Assembly (NCBI GenBank): GCA_947625535.1
Contig: CANQOR010000004.1
Location: 307-64,306, forward strand
Source of the DNA: an uncultured Bacilli bacterium
GTDB lineage: Bacteria; Bacillota_I; Bacilli_A; RF39; UBA660
Direction of reading: 5' to 3'
DNA: 64,000 nucleotides
Shown here: positions 28,220 through 38,124 of the stretch, one piece after another
Layout: the number at the start of each line of letters is the position of its first letter
How positions within the stretch are numbered: the first letter of the stretch is position 1
The notes under the pieces: generated by a model
Told to the model about the DNA's origin: nothing
Seen by the model: only the letters and a program-made list of their open reading frames with translations
Database searches by the model: none
Translations under genes and position numbers: made by a program

Positions 28220-29656
28220 ATGAAAAGAGCTGGTCTAATGACTAATAAATATTCTTTAGAAGAAATAAGAAAAATATGTCATATTGAGAAAGAACATCTA
28301 TCTAATCCCAATATAACATTTGATTATCTTCGTATTGTTTACTTAAATGAAGAATGCGAAAAAAATTCTCAAAATATCTTATTCTTTCCCATCTACTTTA
28401 CAGAATATGACTATGAAGATGGTTGGATTATTAATCCCATCGATTATCGCCCTAAAATAGCTGAAATAATATCTAAACATCCTAACTATACCTATATAGT
28501 AGAAAAAGATATGTTAAACTTATTTGATAATAATAAATATAACTATATTGTTGTTAATAACTTATATGAAGAAATAGATAAACTATATAACTATCAATTA
28601 AATAAAATAAAACCTAAAGTAATATCTGTAACAGGTAGTGTAGGTAAAACAACTACCGTGGGTTTAATAGAAAAAGTTCTATCTTCTAAATATAATGTTC
28701 ATCGTATCTATCATAAAAGAATAACTCCTATCCTTTTAAAAGCTCATATTATAAACTTATTAAAAGAAAATACTGAATATATTACTTTAGAAAATTCCCT
28801 TTATTATAAAGATCATGTTAAAGTATTAAGTACCTTACTTAAACCAACTATTGCTTGTTTTATTCACTTAGATTCATCTCATTTACATAAAGATGGTATG
28901 CATACTATTAACGACCTAGCTATTTCTAAAGCTGAAATCTTTAGAAATGCCAAAATAGGTTTTTATAACAATCAAGATCCTTATATTCAAAAACTACAAT
29001 TAAAAAATAACTCTCTATATTATAATAATCATAAATTATTTAATACTAACTTAACTAAATTAATTCCTTTTACTAAAGAACATACTTTCTTTAAAGATGG
29101 TTTTATTATCGATAATAATTATATAAAACCATATCTTTTAACAGAACTATCTTATATCCAATATTCACTAGCTTATGAAATAGGTAAATACTTAAAAATA
29201 AATGAAAAAGATATAATTAACTCTCTAAATAATTATATTCCTGTTGAAAATAGAATAACTAAAACTAAAATATTCAATAAAGAAATATTCTTTGATGGTG
29301 ATATAACAACCTATGAAAGATTAAAACAATTAAGTAAAAATAAATATTCTAAAAAAATCTTAATAATTCGTAAATTTGGTTCAGCCGAAAATACTGATCG
29401 TTTTGAAAAAGTTCCTGAACTATTTCCTAACTTTGATAAAATATACTTATTTTCAGATATTGAGTATTTATCTATCTTAAAAGATTATAATAATGTTATA
29501 ATTGTAAATAATCATGATTTTATAAACAACTATGATGGTACTATCTTTTATCATTATAGTGGTTATTTTAGAGATTATAAAGAAATTAAAGAAGATAATT
29601 TACTTTCTCTTAAAAATGATACTTATAAAATAATCCCTTATAAGGAGGCCGAATAA
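28220..29656 (+). CDS. Divergent Mur-ligase-family protein (MurF/MurE-like P-loop)
   Basis: VISVTGSVGKTTTVGLIEK matches the Mur ligase ATP-binding motif (xTGTNGKTT). The rest is highly divergent. Start could be 28238. Confidence 0.55.
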   Translation: MKRAGLMTNKYSLEEIRKICHIEKEHLSNPNITFDYLRIVYLNEECEKNSQNILFFPIYFTEYDYEDGWIINPIDYRPKIAEIISKHPNYTYIVEKDMLNLFDNNKYNYIVVNNLYEEIDKLYNYQLNKIKPKVISVTGSVGKTTTVGLIEKVLSSKYNVHRIYHKRITPILLKAHIINLLKENTEYITLENSLYYKDHVKVLSTLLKPTIACFIHLDSSHLHKDGMHTINDLAISKAEIFRNAKIGFYNNQDPYIQKLQLKNNSLYYNNHKLFNTNLTKLIPFTKEHTFFKDGFIIDNNYIKPYLLTELSYIQYSLAYEIGKYLKINEKDIINSLNNYIPVENRITKTKIFNKEIFFDGDITTYERLKQLSKNKYSKKILIIRKFGSAENTDRFEKVPELFPNFDKIYLFSDIEYLSILKDYNNVIIVNNHDFINNYDGTIFYHYSGYFRDYKEIKEDNLLSLKNDTYKIIPYKEAE

Positions 29657-30372
29657 TGAAAAAATCTATATTATTAATTCATGGTTGGAATTATAAAAAC
29701 TATACTTCTAAAACTACTGAAACTGACGCTTGGCATAATAGGGAAGAACTAGTTAAACTCTTAGAAAAAAACTATACCGTATATAAATTAAATTTACCTG
29801 GTTTTTGTGGTGAAAAAGAACCAGATCACAGCTGGAATCTAAATGACTATGCTAAATATATTAATGATTATATAATTAATAATAATTTAAAAATAGATTA
29901 TGTCTTAGGTTATAGTTTTGGAGGTAGTGTAGCTATTCGTTATAAAACTAATTATAAAGCTCCTCAAAAACTTATCCTAGTATCTCCTGCTATTATAAGA
30001 ACAACTAAAAAAAGTCATAAATTTATTAAAACACCACCTATTTTAGATGGCCTACGTCATACCTTAAGAGACTTCTATGTTATTCATATTTTAAAAACAA
30101 ATGAAATGGTTTATGGTACTAAATTCCTACGTGAATCATATCAATCTATTGTAAGAGAAGACTTAGAAGAAGAAGTTAAAACTATTCCTAAACAAGACTT
30201 TATTATTATTTATGGTGATGAAGATGAACAAGTTAATCCCCATAAAGTAATCTCTTACTTAGGTAATGATTATAAAGATAATATTAATCTTATAAAAGGT
30301 GGTAAACATAATATAGGATTTACTCATCCTAAAGAAGTAGAAGAGGTTGTTTTAAAATATACTTTAAAATAA
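29656..30372 (+). CDS. Alpha/beta hydrolase
   Basis: ATAATG overlap with the upstream gene. HGW.. oxyanion region, GYSFGG nucleophile elbow, late D and H (GGKHNIGF). Confidence 0.7.
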   Translation: MKKSILLIHGWNYKNYTSKTTETDAWHNREELVKLLEKNYTVYKLNLPGFCGEKEPDHSWNLNDYAKYINDYIINNNLKIDYVLGYSFGGSVAIRYKTNYKAPQKLILVSPAIIRTTKKSHKFIKTPPILDGLRHTLRDFYVIHILKTNEMVYGTKFLRESYQSIVREDLEEEVKTIPKQDFIIIYGDEDEQVNPHKVISYLGNDYKDNINLIKGGKHNIGFTHPKEVEEVVLKYTLK

Positions 30373-30391
30373 CTTTTTATTTTTTTTAAAA

Positions 30392-30432
30392 TTAGCACTC
30401 TCTATTGACAAGTGCTAATTTTAGAGTATAAT
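30392..30432 (+). promoter_or_regulatory. CIRCE (HrcA operator) overlapping a sigmaA-type promoter of clpB
   Basis: TTAGCACTC-N9-AAGTGCTAA at 30392-30418, one mismatch to the TTAGCACTC-N9-GAGTGCTAA consensus. -35 TTGACA 30405-30410, 16-nt spacer, -10 TATAAT 30427-30432. Confidence 0.85.
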
Positions 30433-30456
30433 GATTGTTGATATGGAGGGATTATT

Positions 30457-32568
30457 ATGAATTATGGATATAATATGCCAAATAATGAAGAAGAGGATGT
30501 TTTAGTAAAATATGGTCGTGATATAACAGCAGCAGCTAAAGATAATAAAATAGATCCTGTTATTGGACGTGATGAAGAAATAAGAAGTATAACTAGAATA
30601 TTATCACGTAAAACTAAAAATAATCCAGTATTAATAGGTGAACCAGGTGTTGGTAAAACAGCCATTGTTGAAGGACTAGCTTTACGTATAGTAAGTGGTG
30701 ACGTTCCAGATAGTTTAAAAAATAAAACGGTATGGGAACTTGATCTAGCTGCTTTAGTAGCAGGTGCTAAATATCGTGGTGAATTTGAGGAACGTTTAAA
30801 AGCCGTTTTAAATAAAATAAAAGAATCTGATGGTAATATTATTTTATTTATCGATGAAATTCATATGATTGTTGGTGCTGATGAAGGCACAATGAATGTT
30901 GGTAATATGTTAAAGCCAATGTTAGCTCGTGGTGAAATAAAATGTATTGGAGCAACTACCTTAAATGAATATCGTAAATTTATTGAAAAAGATGGTGCAC
31001 TTGAAAGACGTTTCCAAAAAATAATTGTTAAAGCACCTAGTGTCTTAGATACTATTGCTATCTTACGTGGTTTAAAAGAACGTTTTGAAGTTCATCATGG
31101 TGTTAATATCAAAGATAGAGCTTTAATAGCAGCTGCTACTTTATCAGATCGTTACATAACAGATCGTTATCTACCAGATAAAGCTATTGATTTAATAGAT
31201 GAAGCTTGTGCTACTATCAAAGTAGAAATGGATAGTGTCCCTGTAAGTTTAGATAAACTAACTCGTAAAATAATGTTATTAGAAATAGAAAGACAATCTT
31301 TAAAAAAAGAAAAAGATGATCAAAGCAAAAAACGTTTACAAGAAATAGACGATGAATTATATGAACTTAAATTAAAAGAAACTAAATTAAAAGAAGACTT
31401 TAATGAAGAAAAAGAAGTTAATAATAAAATTAGTGAAACTAAGAAAACTTTAGAAACACTACGTCATCGTTTAAAAGAAGCGGAAAATAATTATGACTTA
31501 GATACAGCAGCTCGCTTACGTCACGGAGATATTCCTCGTTTAGAACATGAACTAGAAGATTTACAAAAGAATAATAAAAATGTTTTAATAAGTGATACCG
31601 TTGATGAAGAAGCTATTGCAACAATAGTATCTAAATGGACGAATGTTCCTGTCTCTAAATTAGTTGAAGGAGAAAAAGAAAAACTTCTTAAACTAGAAGA
31701 TAGTATGAAAAAACGTGTTATAGGTCAAGATGAAGTTCTAAAGAAAGTTTCTAATGCTATCATAAGAAGTAGAGCAGGTATTAAAGATCCTAATCGCCCA
31801 ATTGGTTCCTTCCTTTTCTTAGGACCAACTGGTGTCGGTAAAACAGAAGTTGCTCGTACTTTAGCTTATGAATTATTTGATGATGAACGTCATATGATAC
31901 GTATAGATATGTCTGAATATATGGAAAGCTTTAATGTTTCTCGTTTAATTGGTGCTGCTCCTGGTTATATCGGTTATGATGAAGGAGGCCAACTAACTGA
32001 AGCTGTAAGACGTAATCCTTATAGTATAGTTTTATTTGATGAAATAGAAAAAGCTCATCCTGATGTCTTTAATATATTACTTCAAATATTAGATGATGGT
32101 CGTATCACTGATAGTCAAGGACGTACTGTAGATTTTAAAAATACGATTATAATTATGACAAGTAACTTAGGTAGTGAATATATCTTAGAAAATCTTCCTA
32201 ACAAAAATGAACTAATTAACGAAGAATTACATCATACCTTTAAACCAGAATTCTTAAATCGTATCGATGAAATAATTTACTTTAATAGTTTAGGTAAAGA
32301 TGTTGTTTACCAAATATTAGATAAAATAATTAATGATATTAACAATCGTCTTAAAGATCGTTCTATTACTTTAGAACTAACTAAAGAAGCTAAAGAATAT
32401 ATAATAAATAACTCTTATGATGCTAACTTTGGTGCTAGACCTATTAAAAGATATGTCCAAGATAATGTTGAAACCTTAATAGCAATGAAACTTATAGATG
32501 GTTCTATAACAGATAATTCTAAAATAACTATTGCTTTAAATAATAAAAATGAATTATATATCATATAA
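30457..32568 (+). CDS. clpB: ClpB-type AAA+ disaggregase lacking the N-terminal domain
   Basis: Two AAA modules ([17 protein letters not shown]; [19 protein letters not shown]) and a long coiled-coil middle domain. The protein starts about 15 aa before the ..GRDEEIR.. NBD1 lead-in. Confidence 0.92.
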   Translation: MNYGYNMPNNEEEDVLVKYGRDITAAAKDNKIDPVIGRDEEIRSITRILSRKTKNNPVLIGEPGVGKTAIVEGLALRIVSGDVPDSLKNKTVWELDLAALVAGAKYRGEFEERLKAVLNKIKESDGNIILFIDEIHMIVGADEGTMNVGNMLKPMLARGEIKCIGATTLNEYRKFIEKDGALERRFQKIIVKAPSVLDTIAILRGLKERFEVHHGVNIKDRALIAAATLSDRYITDRYLPDKAIDLIDEACATIKVEMDSVPVSLDKLTRKIMLLEIERQSLKKEKDDQSKKRLQEIDDELYELKLKETKLKEDFNEEKEVNNKISETKKTLETLRHRLKEAENNYDLDTAARLRHGDIPRLEHELEDLQKNNKNVLISDTVDEEAIATIVSKWTNVPVSKLVEGEKEKLLKLEDSMKKRVIGQDEVLKKVSNAIIRSRAGIKDPNRPIGSFLFLGPTGVGKTEVARTLAYELFDDERHMIRIDMSEYMESFNVSRLIGAAPGYIGYDEGGQLTEAVRRNPYSIVLFDEIEKAHPDVFNILLQILDDGRITDSQGRTVDFKNTIIIMTSNLGSEYILENLPNKNELINEELHHTFKPEFLNRIDEIIYFNSLGKDVVYQILDKIINDINNRLKDRSITLELTKEAKEYIINNSYDANFGARPIKRYVQDNVETLIAMKLIDGSITDNSKITIALNNKNELYII

Positions 32569-32577
32569 AAAAGGAAA

Positions 32578-33096
32578 TTAATTTCCTTTTTCTTTTGGTA
32601 AATCATTTCCTTCTTCTAAAGTTTCTACCTTATCTTTAACTTCTACCTTAACTTCATCTTGTGCTACAGGTTTCTTCTTATATAAAATATTTCTTACTAA
32701 ATCCTTAGTATCAACTTCTTCTTCTGTTACTTTAAAATACTTATATAAAAATTCAGATATCTTAACTTCAACAATAATTTGTCTTATTACTAACATAAAA
32801 GCAGGTATATAATAATAAATACTTTTAAAGAAATCTTCCGTATAAAAATCTACTTTAAAATAATTAATAACTACTGTATCTAACTCTGTAAATTGACATA
32901 TTACTAAAACAATTATAATTATAATAGCTAAAACTAAAATACCCAAAGCATAATTAGAAGTATTATAAAACTTAACTGCATTTCTATAATTAGCTTTATC
33001 TTCGGAAGTCTTACTATTATTCTTAACTAAATCTAAATTACTACTTATTTTAACTACACAAATTAATATTAAAAAAATTAGTATACCTAGTATCAT
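32578..33096 (-). CDS. Hypothetical membrane protein
   Basis: Start moved to the ATG at 33096 (SD aaggtga; MILGILIF..). The longer ORF to 33162 would run into the divergent promoter. Confidence 0.55.
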   Translation of the reverse strand: MILGILIFLILICVVKISSNLDLVKNNSKTSEDKANYRNAVKFYNTSNYALGILVLAIIIIIVLVICQFTELDTVVINYFKVDFYTEDFFKSIYYYIPAFMLVIRQIIVEVKISEFLYKYFKVTEEEVDTKDLVRNILYKKKPVAQDEVKVEVKDKVETLEEGNDLPKEKGN

Positions 33097-33155
33097 CACA
33101 ATCACCTTTATTATGATTAAATTATAACATATTTTACAAAATAGAGAATAGTATA

Positions 33156-33185
33156 TTGACAAGTGTACAAAGTACGCATTATAAT
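33156..33185 (+). promoter_or_regulatory. Putative promoter of the NrtR-like gene with a small GTAC-containing dyad in the spacer
   Basis: -35 TTGACA 33156-33161, 18-nt spacer containing gtgtacaaagtacgc, -10 TATAAT 33180-33185. Confidence 0.45.
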
Positions 33186-33202
33186 TTAATTAGGGTGATG
33201 AT

Positions 33203-33877
33203 ATGGATACTCGCAATAAATTATATAAAGGTCAAGGTATTCATGTAATAACAGCTTTATTTACTGTTGAACAAGGAATTACTAAAGTTTTACTTATTAA
33301 AAGAAAAAATGAACCTTTCTTAGGTGATTGGGTTTTAACAGGTGGAGCTTTATATAATAATGAAGACTTAGAAGCAGGAGCTTTAAGAGAAATAGAAGAA
33401 AAAACTGGTATTACAGAAGTTAAAATAAAACAGTTTAAAACTTTTGGTAAAGTTAATCGTTCACCTGTAATGCGTATGGTTGCTGTAGGTTTTATTGGTA
33501 TCTTAGATAGTAAAAGAGTAAACATTTTACGTGAAACAAAAAATACTTCAAATGCTGATTGGTTCCCAATAGATAAAATTCCTCCTTTAGGTTATGACCA
33601 TGAAGAAATATTACATGAAGCTATTTTAGAATTACGTAAACAAATAGTAAAAACTAATATCTTAAAAAGTTTATTCCCTGATGGAGTAACATTACCAGAA
33701 CTTCAAAAAACTTATGAAGCCATTTTAGATGAAAAATTTGATCGTCGTAATTTTAGAAAAAAAATATTAAACTTAGACTTAATTGAAGACACTAATCGTA
33801 GTGATAAATTCGAAGGCAACAAACCAGCTAAAGTCTATCGTTTTAAAGATCATATCATTGATAAAGATATATTTTAA
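33203..33877 (+). CDS. NrtR-like protein: Nudix domain plus C-terminal winged-helix domain
   Basis: Intact Nudix box GGALYNNEDLEAGALREIEEKTGI. C-terminal ~80 aa (LPELQKTYEAILDEKFDRRNFRKKIL) matches the NrtR DNA-binding domain pattern. Confidence 0.7.
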   Translation: MDTRNKLYKGQGIHVITALFTVEQGITKVLLIKRKNEPFLGDWVLTGGALYNNEDLEAGALREIEEKTGITEVKIKQFKTFGKVNRSPVMRMVAVGFIGILDSKRVNILRETKNTSNADWFPIDKIPPLGYDHEEILHEAILELRKQIVKTNILKSLFPDGVTLPELQKTYEAILDEKFDRRNFRKKILNLDLIEDTNRSDKFEGNKPAKVYRFKDHIIDKDIF

Positions 33878-33931
33878 TTAAAATATGTTTTTATTTTTGA
33901 CTATAAAATAAAATCCAAAGGAGTTGAAGCA

Positions 33932-34489
33932 ATGATTTATTTAATGAGACATGGTCAAGATGATGAAAAATATATTGGAGGATGGAGTGATGTTGGTTTA
34001 ATACCTGAAGGTCAAATGGAAGTAATAGATTCAGCCTTATGGATTAAAGATAACTTAAATATTAAAAAAGTTATCGTAAGTGATGTTAAAAGAGCTATAG
34101 AAACAGCTATTATAGTTTGTGATATCTTAAAACTTCCATTCTTACCAAGTACTGAACTAAGAGAACAAAATAAAGGTTTACTAAATGGTATGGATCAAAA
34201 TAAAGCTCATAAAAAATATAAAGATTTATTAGATAATGTAACAGTTGATACTATCTATCCTGAAGGTGAATCTTTAAAAGACTTATATAATAGAATTAAA
34301 AAATATTTAGAAAAACTAACTACCTTAGAAGATAATACCTTATTAATCACCCATCGTGGTGTAATTAATATGATTTATTACTTATTAAATAATCAAGAAC
34401 TAGATATGGATAAAAAACAATTTGGTGTAACTACCGCATCAATACATGAACTAGATATGAAAAAAAGATTAATTAAAAAAATATATTAA
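33932..34489 (+). CDS. Histidine phosphatase family protein (PGM/CobC-like)
   Basis: N-terminal LMRHGQ (RHG) motif and a downstream ITHRGVI histidine. Confidence 0.8.
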   Translation: MIYLMRHGQDDEKYIGGWSDVGLIPEGQMEVIDSALWIKDNLNIKKVIVSDVKRAIETAIIVCDILKLPFLPSTELREQNKGLLNGMDQNKAHKKYKDLLDNVTVDTIYPEGESLKDLYNRIKKYLEKLTTLEDNTLLITHRGVINMIYYLLNNQELDMDKKQFGVTTASIHELDMKKRLIKKIY

Positions 34490-34508
34490 AGGGAAGGTTG
34501 AGGTATAA

Positions 34509-35621
34509 ATGATTAATCGTATTGTTTTAACTGGAGGACCTAGTAGTGGTAAAACTTCCGTCTTAGAAAAAATTGAACAAGTATATAATTCACAAGGTAT
34601 AAAAGTAATTGTTATAGATGAAACAGCTACTTACTTAATTAATCATGGTATAAGACCATTTGGTGATGGTAAAGTAGACATGGTTGATTTTCAAGAATTA
34701 GTAATGCGTATGCAACTAGCTAAAGAAGAAATCTTTGATCGTGCTGCTAAAATGTTACCTAATGAAGATATACTTATTATATATGATCGAGGAACAATTG
34801 ATAATCGTGCTTATATTAATGAAGAAGAATTTGAAAATGTTATGACTAGATTAAATCATGTTAAAGATTTATCTGAACTATTTAATAAATATGATTTAGT
34901 TATAAACTTAGTAGGTCGTAAAGACTTCTATACAACAGCTAATAATAAAGCTCGTAGTGAAGATGTAGATACAGCTATAAAACTAGGTGAAAAAACTTTA
35001 AAAGTTTGGTTAGGACATCCTAAATTAAAAATAGTTCTTCCTAAAGAAAATATGGAAGATAAAATAAAAGAAGTTTTAAATGAAATAAATAAACTATTAG
35101 ATAAAAAACAAGTTAAAAGACAAGAAAAATACTTAGTTGATTTAACTAAATCTAATCTTACTTATCTTAAAGATAATAGTACTAGTGTTCAAATAGAACA
35201 AATCTATTTAGAAAGTCCAAGTAATATAGAAAAACGTATTAGAAAAGTAACTATGGATAATTCATCTACTTACTATATGAGTGTTTACAAAATCTTAGAA
35301 GATGGTACTAAAATAATTGTTAGTGAAAAAAGAATTGATGAAAAAATATATAATGCTTTAATGGAATTTAAAGATCCCAAATATAATCCAATACATAAAA
35401 CAAGATATTATTTTACTTACGAAGGAGAATATTTTTACTTAGATATCTTTGATGATAATAAAGAATTAGGTATCTTAGAAATAAATGTTTCTTTAAATGA
35501 ACAAGTAACTATTCCTAACTTTATTGAAGTAATAGATATAGTAAGTAATAATAATGCTTATAGCAATAAAAGTATGGCTTTAATAAAGCCATCAGCAAAG
35601 AAGGAGTTAAAACATGATTAA
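34509..35621 (+). CDS. P-loop NTPase (AAA_28 / NadR-kinase-like) fused to a CYTH-like domain
   Basis: GGPSSGKTS Walker A close to the N-terminus. C-terminal half has a CYTH-like strand pattern (VQIEQIYL, EKRIRKV, ILEINV), but the ExExK signature is degenerate. Confidence 0.55.
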   Translation: MINRIVLTGGPSSGKTSVLEKIEQVYNSQGIKVIVIDETATYLINHGIRPFGDGKVDMVDFQELVMRMQLAKEEIFDRAAKMLPNEDILIIYDRGTIDNRAYINEEEFENVMTRLNHVKDLSELFNKYDLVINLVGRKDFYTTANNKARSEDVDTAIKLGEKTLKVWLGHPKLKIVLPKENMEDKIKEVLNEINKLLDKKQVKRQEKYLVDLTKSNLTYLKDNSTSVQIEQIYLESPSNIEKRIRKVTMDNSSTYYMSVYKILEDGTKIIVSEKRIDEKIYNALMEFKDPKYNPIHKTRYYFTYEGEYFYLDIFDDNKELGILEINVSLNEQVTIPNFIEVIDIVSNNNAYSNKSMALIKPSAKKELKHD

Positions 35622-36189
35622 AACTTTTACTGGTCCAATGCATAGTGGTAAAACTGCTGCTATGATTGCTACATATAATAAAATATGGAATAAAAAACAT
35701 GTTAAGTGTTTCAAACCAAATTGTGATACTAGAGATGTTGGTGTTATGAAAAGTAAAGACTTTGGTGAAGGAGTCCCATCTATTGGTATTGATCAATTTG
35801 AAGAAATACTTGATTATGTTGATGATAGTGTAAGAACAATCTTCGTTGATGAAGCCCAACTACTAAAAGGCAATGTTAGTGTTTTATCATATTTATCTGT
35901 TGTTAATGATATTGATATCTTTGTCGGTGGTCTAAATATGACTTCCGAACAAGAACCATTTTTAATAATGCCTCAAATACTAGCTATTAGTGATGAAGTT
36001 GAAGTAATAAAAGCCAGTTGTTACGATTGTGGTCGTGAAGCTTCATATACATATTTTGAAGGTGAAAAAACTGATGCTATCTTAGTAGGTGATGAAGGTT
36101 ATATACCTTTATGTTCTAGATGTCTTCTAAAAAGAAGAGGTAGTGTTGGTATGAAAAAAATACTTATTAAACCAGAAATAAAAAAATAA
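35614..36189 (+). CDS. tdk: Thymidine kinase
   Basis: FTGPMHSGKT P-loop, VDEAQ, C-terminal CxxC ... C..C zinc lasso (CYDCG, CSRC). Confidence 0.9.
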   Translation: MIKTFTGPMHSGKTAAMIATYNKIWNKKHVKCFKPNCDTRDVGVMKSKDFGEGVPSIGIDQFEEILDYVDDSVRTIFVDEAQLLKGNVSVLSYLSVVNDIDIFVGGLNMTSEQEPFLIMPQILAISDEVEVIKASCYDCGREASYTYFEGEKTDAILVGDEGYIPLCSRCLLKRRGSVGMKKILIKPEIKK

Positions 36190-36321
36190 CTGTGTATCTT
36201 ATGTGGAACCATCTATTATAATGTGGATTACTCTTACTAATATTTTTTTCTTTCTCTTTATAAAATTATATTATATGATTTTATTTTTTGATATTTTCAT
36301 ATATGAAGGAGATTATAAATA

Positions 36322-37209
36322 ATGAAAAAAATATTATTTGAAGGTTGCGGTACAGCAATCGCTACACCATTTAATGAAGATGGTATAAATTATGAAGAAT
36401 TTAAAAAATTAATTGAATATCAAATAGAACAAAAAGCTGATGCTATAATTGTATGTGGTACTACAGGTGAATCATCTACTATGAGTTTAGAAGAAAAGAA
36501 AGAATGTATTAAATTTACAGTTGATACTGTTAATAAAAGAATACCTGTAATAGCAGGTACTGGTGGTAATAATACGATGTCTGCTATTGAAATGTCTAAG
36601 TATGCTGAATCTGTTGGAGTAGATGGCGTCTTAGTAGTAACTCCATATTATAATAAAACTACTCAAGCAGGTTTAATAGCTCATTATAAAGCAATTGCTA
36701 ATTCTGTAAACATTCCTATTATTTTATATAATGTTCCAAGTCGTACAGGTTTAAATATTAATCCTGAAACAGCTTATGAACTATCTAAAATAGATAATAT
36801 TGTTGCTATTAAAGAAGCAAGCGGTAATATATCTGCTGTTGCTAAAATAGCTCATCTATGTGGTGATAACTTAACTATTTATTCAGGTAATGATGATCAA
36901 ATAATACCTATCTTATCTTTAGGAGGTAAAGGAGTAATATCTGTTTTATCTAATATCTATCCTAAGTATACTCATGATATGGTAACTAATTATTTAAATG
37001 GTAATCCAAAAAAAGCTTTAGATATGCAATTAACAGCATTACCTTTAATAGAAGCTTTATTTAGTGAAGTAAATCCTATTCCAGTTAAAGAAGCTTTAAA
37101 TATGAAAGGTTTTAACTTTGGTACTCCAAGATTACCATTAGTTAAAATATCTGAACCAAATAGATTAGTTTTAAAAAATAAAATAAATGAATTTGATACT
37201 CAAAACTAA
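36322..37209 (+). CDS. dapA: 4-hydroxy-tetrahydrodipicolinate synthase (DapA/NAL family)
   Basis: GTTGES, VVTPYYNK, Schiff-base Lys in IVAIKEASG. N-acetylneuraminate lyase cannot be excluded by eye. Confidence 0.8.
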   Translation: MKKILFEGCGTAIATPFNEDGINYEEFKKLIEYQIEQKADAIIVCGTTGESSTMSLEEKKECIKFTVDTVNKRIPVIAGTGGNNTMSAIEMSKYAESVGVDGVLVVTPYYNKTTQAGLIAHYKAIANSVNIPIILYNVPSRTGLNINPETAYELSKIDNIVAIKEASGNISAVAKIAHLCGDNLTIYSGNDDQIIPILSLGGKGVISVLSNIYPKYTHDMVTNYLNGNPKKALDMQLTALPLIEALFSEVNPIPVKEALNMKGFNFGTPRLPLVKISEPNRLVLKNKINEFDTQN

Positions 37210-37235
37210 TATGCTTTCATAAAGCATATTTTTTT
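37209..37235 (+). terminator. Terminator after dapA
   Basis: atatgcttt / aaagcatat stem plus T7. Confidence 0.75.
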
Positions 37236-37260
37236 ATGGTATAATGTTTATGGTGATAAT

Positions 37261-38124
37261 ATGTACAAGATTTTAAAGAATACTTCTATTGGTGATAAAA
37301 TCTACTTATTAGAAGTCGAAGCTCCTTTAGTAGTAAAGAATGCCTTACCTGGTCAATTTGTTATAGTAATGGCTAAGAATGATAGTGAACGTATACCATT
37401 AACTATTTATGATTATGATAAAGAAAAAGGTATCTTAAGATTAATATACCAAGTAGTAGGTTCATCTACATTAGAAATAAGTAAAACAGATTCTTTCTTA
37501 TTTAGTGTTGTTGGTCCTTTAGGTAAACCTAGTGAAGTAGTTACTAATATTTCTGAATATAAAAATAAAAAAGTAGTTATGATAGGTGGAGGAGTAGGAA
37601 TAGCTCCGGTTTATCCTCAAGCTAAATATTTTAAAGAACATGGTCTTAATGTAGATATAATTTATGGTGCTAAAAATAAAGACTTATTAATTATCTTAGA
37701 TGAATTAAAAGAAGTATCTGATAATTTAACTATTGTAACAGATGATGGTTCTTATGGTATGAAAGGTTTAGTAACTGATGCCCTAAAAAATAAACATGAT
37801 TATGATTTATGTATTGTAATGGGTTCCACAATTATGATGAAATTTGTTTGTCAATTAACTAAAGAATTAAATATAAAAACAATTGCTAGTATGAATCCAA
37901 TTATGGTTGATGGTACCGGTATGTGTGGTGCTTGCCGCCTAATCGTCGGTGACTCTGTTAAGTTTGCTTGTGTTGATGGACCTGAATTTGATGGTCATCT
38001 AGTTGACTTTGATGCTGCTATTAAAAGAATGACTTTATATAAAGATGAAGAAGGCAGAAGATACTTAAAAGACTTAGAAGGGGAAACTCATTCTGGTGGA
38101 TGTGGAAATTGTGGTGATAAATAA
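37261..38124 (+). CDS. PyrK-like FAD/[2Fe-2S] subunit (NfnA / SudB / GltA-partner type)
   Basis: FNR-like fold with C-terminal GMCGACRL...FACVDGPEF cluster motif. ATAATG-coupled to the next gene. Confidence 0.8.
   Translation: MYKILKNTSIGDKIYLLEVEAPLVVKNALPGQFVIVMAKNDSERIPLTIYDYDKEKGILRLIYQVVGSSTLEISKTDSFLFSVVGPLGKPSEVVTNISEYKNKKVVMIGGGVGIAPVYPQAKYFKEHGLNVDIIYGAKNKDLLIILDELKEVSDNLTIVTDDGSYGMKGLVTDALKNKHDYDLCIVMGSTIMMKFVCQLTKELNIKTIASMNPIMVDGTGMCGACRLIVGDSVKFACVDGPEFDGHLVDFDAAIKRMTLYKDEEGRRYLKDLEGETHSGGCGNCGDK

Noticed and set aside
36190-36321. Lysine (L-box) riboswitch upstream of dapA
   Set aside because: The region is only ~130 nt and extremely AT-rich. I could not find the conserved G-rich L-box helices or a terminator/antiterminator pair.
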